Assembly: GCA_963931515.1 (NCBI GenBank)
Contig: OZ007022.1
Location: 13,747-77,746 of the forward strand
Source: an uncultured Bacilli bacterium
GTDB lineage: Bacteria > Bacillota_I > Bacilli_A > RF39 > UBA660
Reading direction: 5' to 3'
Length of the DNA stretch: 64,000 nucleotides
The first letter of the stretch is position 1. Each line of letters opens with the position of its first letter. Below, piece by piece: positions 62,088-64,000 of this stretch. The position numbers and the translations under genes are program-made. The notes below the pieces were generated by a model. The model searched no databases. It worked only from the letters and a program-made list of their open reading frames with translations, and was not told the DNA's origin.

Positions 62088-62489
62088 ATGAAGGAATCTT
62101 TTTGGGGTATATTTGTAGTTGGGCTTGGAGTTTTATCAATATTCTTCATTGTTTTATTCCAAAACTTAACTAATACTGATGAACATAATTCGCAACTTTT
62201 AAAAGAAGTTACAGAAGCTGCAATGTGGGATGCTTTTGATTATGCTTCATATAGAACTAATGGAACAGTACGTATTTACCGAGAAAAGTTTGTTGAAAAT
62301 TTTATTAGGAGATACGCTGAAAGTGCTAGTAGAATGAGAGAATATAATATAAAATTTTATGATATTAATGAAAGCCCACCGAAAGTAAGCTTGAGTGTAC
62401 AAAGCGGAGTTGTAGGTGTTGCTGGAAGGACTCGAATGACATTTGATTTACAAAATAGAATTGATGCCATTTTGGAGACTCCTTACTAG
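62088..62489 (+). CDS. small membrane-anchored protein (possible pilin-like/TadE-like accessory)
   Basis: AGGAGGAG RBS; N-terminal TM helix; 133 aa; directly precedes the CpaB-like gene. Confidence 0.4.
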   Translation: MKESFWGIFVVGLGVLSIFFIVLFQNLTNTDEHNSQLLKEVTEAAMWDAFDYASYRTNGTVRIYREKFVENFIRRYAESASRMREYNIKFYDINESPPKVSLSVQSGVVGVAGRTRMTFDLQNRIDAILETPY

Positions 62490-62516
62490 AAATAAAAGAA
62501 AAGAGAGGATGAGTAT

Positions 62517-63575
62517 ATGAATAATTTGATGGCTTCGGCTAAGAAATTTGCAAAAAACAAAAATATGATAACGATTATTGGGGTCGTGATAATTTTGATT
62601 TTACTTTATGTTGGTTATAGTACACAAATCAACAGAGCAGTAGAACCAATCCAAATTCCAGTGGCTACTCAAACGATTCAACCTAGAACTGAGATAACTG
62701 ATGATATGGTTCAAATAATTGATATGCCAAATGTTTCACTTAGTGATAACGTTATTAGGTCTAGATCACAGATAGTTGGAAAATATTCCAATGTTAATTC
62801 TGTAATTCCAGAAGGTAGTATGTTTTATACAGATACTGTTGTTGAGGCTGATGAACTACCTGATGCGGCTTTTTCTAAGGTTAAAGCTGGAGAAGTGGCT
62901 TACAATTTTCCAGTTGACATGGAAAGTACTTATGGTAATGCGATTATGGCTGGAAATATGATTGATATTTACATGAAGATTGGTGATGGTCAAGATGAAA
63001 AAATCATGCTTGGTAAATTAATTGAGAATATTGAAGTTTTAGCAGTTAAGGATTCTTCTGGTCGTGCAGTATTTGAAGATTTTAGTGAAAGTAGAAGCCC
63101 TTCTATGATGATTTTTGGCCTTAAGCCTGAGTTATATATAATGCTTAAGAAAGCTTCTTATATGAGTTCTTTGGGTGTTGAACTTTATCCTGTACCTCAT
63201 GGTATGTCAGTTGAAGGAGAAGAAACTGCTACTCAAGTTTCTACACAACAATTAGTTGATTATATTGATGCACATTCTGTTAATATTCCAATAGTTGATG
63301 AGACAGGAAATGATCCATTACTTCCAACAGTGACAGAAACAGGTGGTGATAGAAATACTGTAACTATTACATATCCAGAGGGATGTGGTAGTACATATAC
63401 TTGTACTTATGTAAAAGATGGTGGACAGTCTCAAACTGTTACTAATAAGACTACTCAAAATGTTGTGTATACTGGTGACGGTACTTTGGTGGCTACAGTT
63501 CAAGAAGAAGATGGTACGGCTCATTCAATTACAGTTAATATTCCACTTGCTAATTCAACTAATTCGGAGTCTTAA
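62517..63575 (+). CDS. Flp pilus assembly protein CpaB/RcpC-like (SAF domain)
   Basis: N-terminal TM anchor, then the SAF-domain pattern (IPVATQTIQPRTEITDDMV..IDMP...IP.GS), then the CpaB second-domain pattern (PVD...G..I..G..IDIY...VLAV). Confidence 0.55.
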   Translation: MNNLMASAKKFAKNKNMITIIGVVIILILLYVGYSTQINRAVEPIQIPVATQTIQPRTEITDDMVQIIDMPNVSLSDNVIRSRSQIVGKYSNVNSVIPEGSMFYTDTVVEADELPDAAFSKVKAGEVAYNFPVDMESTYGNAIMAGNMIDIYMKIGDGQDEKIMLGKLIENIEVLAVKDSSGRAVFEDFSESRSPSMMIFGLKPELYIMLKKASYMSSLGVELYPVPHGMSVEGEETATQVSTQQLVDYIDAHSVNIPIVDETGNDPLLPTVTETGGDRNTVTITYPEGCGSTYTCTYVKDGGQSQTVTNKTTQNVVYTGDGTLVATVQEEDGTAHSITVNIPLANSTNSES

Positions 63576-63577
63576 TT

Positions 63578-64000
63578 ATGAATAATAATGTTTTTGAACA
63601 AATAGATTTTGGCCATTTAAAACCTTATTTGGAAGATGACGATATAACCGATATTTCTTATGATAATGGTGGACAAATTCACTTAAAAACATTATCTAAA
63701 GGAATATTTAGGATTGAAAATCCAGCCATTAATGATGCGTTTATGGAAAAGCTAGCGTTTCAATGTTCTAATGTTATGGGTAAAACATTTAACATGGCTC
63801 ATCCATTCTTGGATGCTGAAAGTGCAGAGTTACGTTTAGCTTTCATCCATGCATCTATTGCGCAAAATGGAATTGCTTGTGTTGTTCGTAAAACACCGGC
63901 TAAGATTCGTTTACAAAAAGAAAAGATTGTGGCTGATAAGTATGTTGAATTAGATGTTATTGATTTTTTAGAGCAATGTGTATTAGGGCACTGTAATATA
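63578..64000 (+). CDS. VirB11/CpaF/TadA-family secretion ATPase, N-terminal part (runs off the window)
   Basis: N-terminal ITDISYDNG motif and ...HPFLDAESAELRLAFIHASIAQNGIACVVRK, which matches the conserved N-domain of VirB11/TadA ATPases. Confidence 0.55.
   Translation, partial: MNNNVFEQIDFGHLKPYLEDDDITDISYDNGGQIHLKTLSKGIFRIENPAINDAFMEKLAFQCSNVMGKTFNMAHPFLDAESAELRLAFIHASIAQNGIACVVRKTPAKIRLQKEKIVADKYVELDVIDFLEQCVLGHCNI

Overview
This is a low-GC (about 30%) Firmicutes chromosomal window that uses the standard genetic code (the TGA stops are consistent with full-length housekeeping proteins). The core backbone resembles Bacillus in synteny: pcrA–ligA; the hrcA–grpE–dnaK–(pepF)–dnaJ heat-shock operon with a CIRCE operator; pflB–pflA; frr; gpsB–rnpB; rodZ–pgsA–(IS)–recA with a LexA box; scpA–scpB; and a tRNA-Leu(CAA). 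Several accessory or mobile segments interrupt this backbone. First, an SsuABC-like ABC importer is followed by a co-transcribed array of five divergent paralogous proteins of about 150 aa, convergent with a signal-less M23 peptidase. Second, two paralogous membrane-anchored surface-protein genes share a GC-rich 3' cassette, and one of them has a 17-T homopolymer in its promoter spacer. Third, a decayed defence islet contains ORF6N gene remnants and an Abi_2 (AbiD/F-like) abortive-infection gene split by an IS21-family element, the whole abi cassette being bracketed by two 37-bp hairpin repeats that show a compensatory base change. Fourth, an IS1202-group ISNCY element with 28-bp direct repeats sits upstream of gpsB, and a single-ORF IS66-family element with an 8-bp target duplication sits between pgsA and recA, in the slot where cinA lies in B. 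subtilis. Fifth, a small tRNA-Leu-associated islet carries a DUF1016 PD-(D/E)XK nuclease, bounded by a duplicated tRNA 3' end. Sixth, a dNMP-kinase-like P-loop gene is translationally coupled to a short (582 aa) AlaRS that lacks the C-Ala domain. Seventh, GrpE carries a His/Cys-rich N-terminal extension. Eighth, the 3' end of the window holds a cluster of membrane and secreted proteins, including a 910-aa Cys-repeat protein, that leads into a CpaB(SAF)-like gene and a VirB11/TadA-family ATPase, i.e. a Tad-like filament or secretion locus with unusual accessory genes. No CRISPR array was seen.
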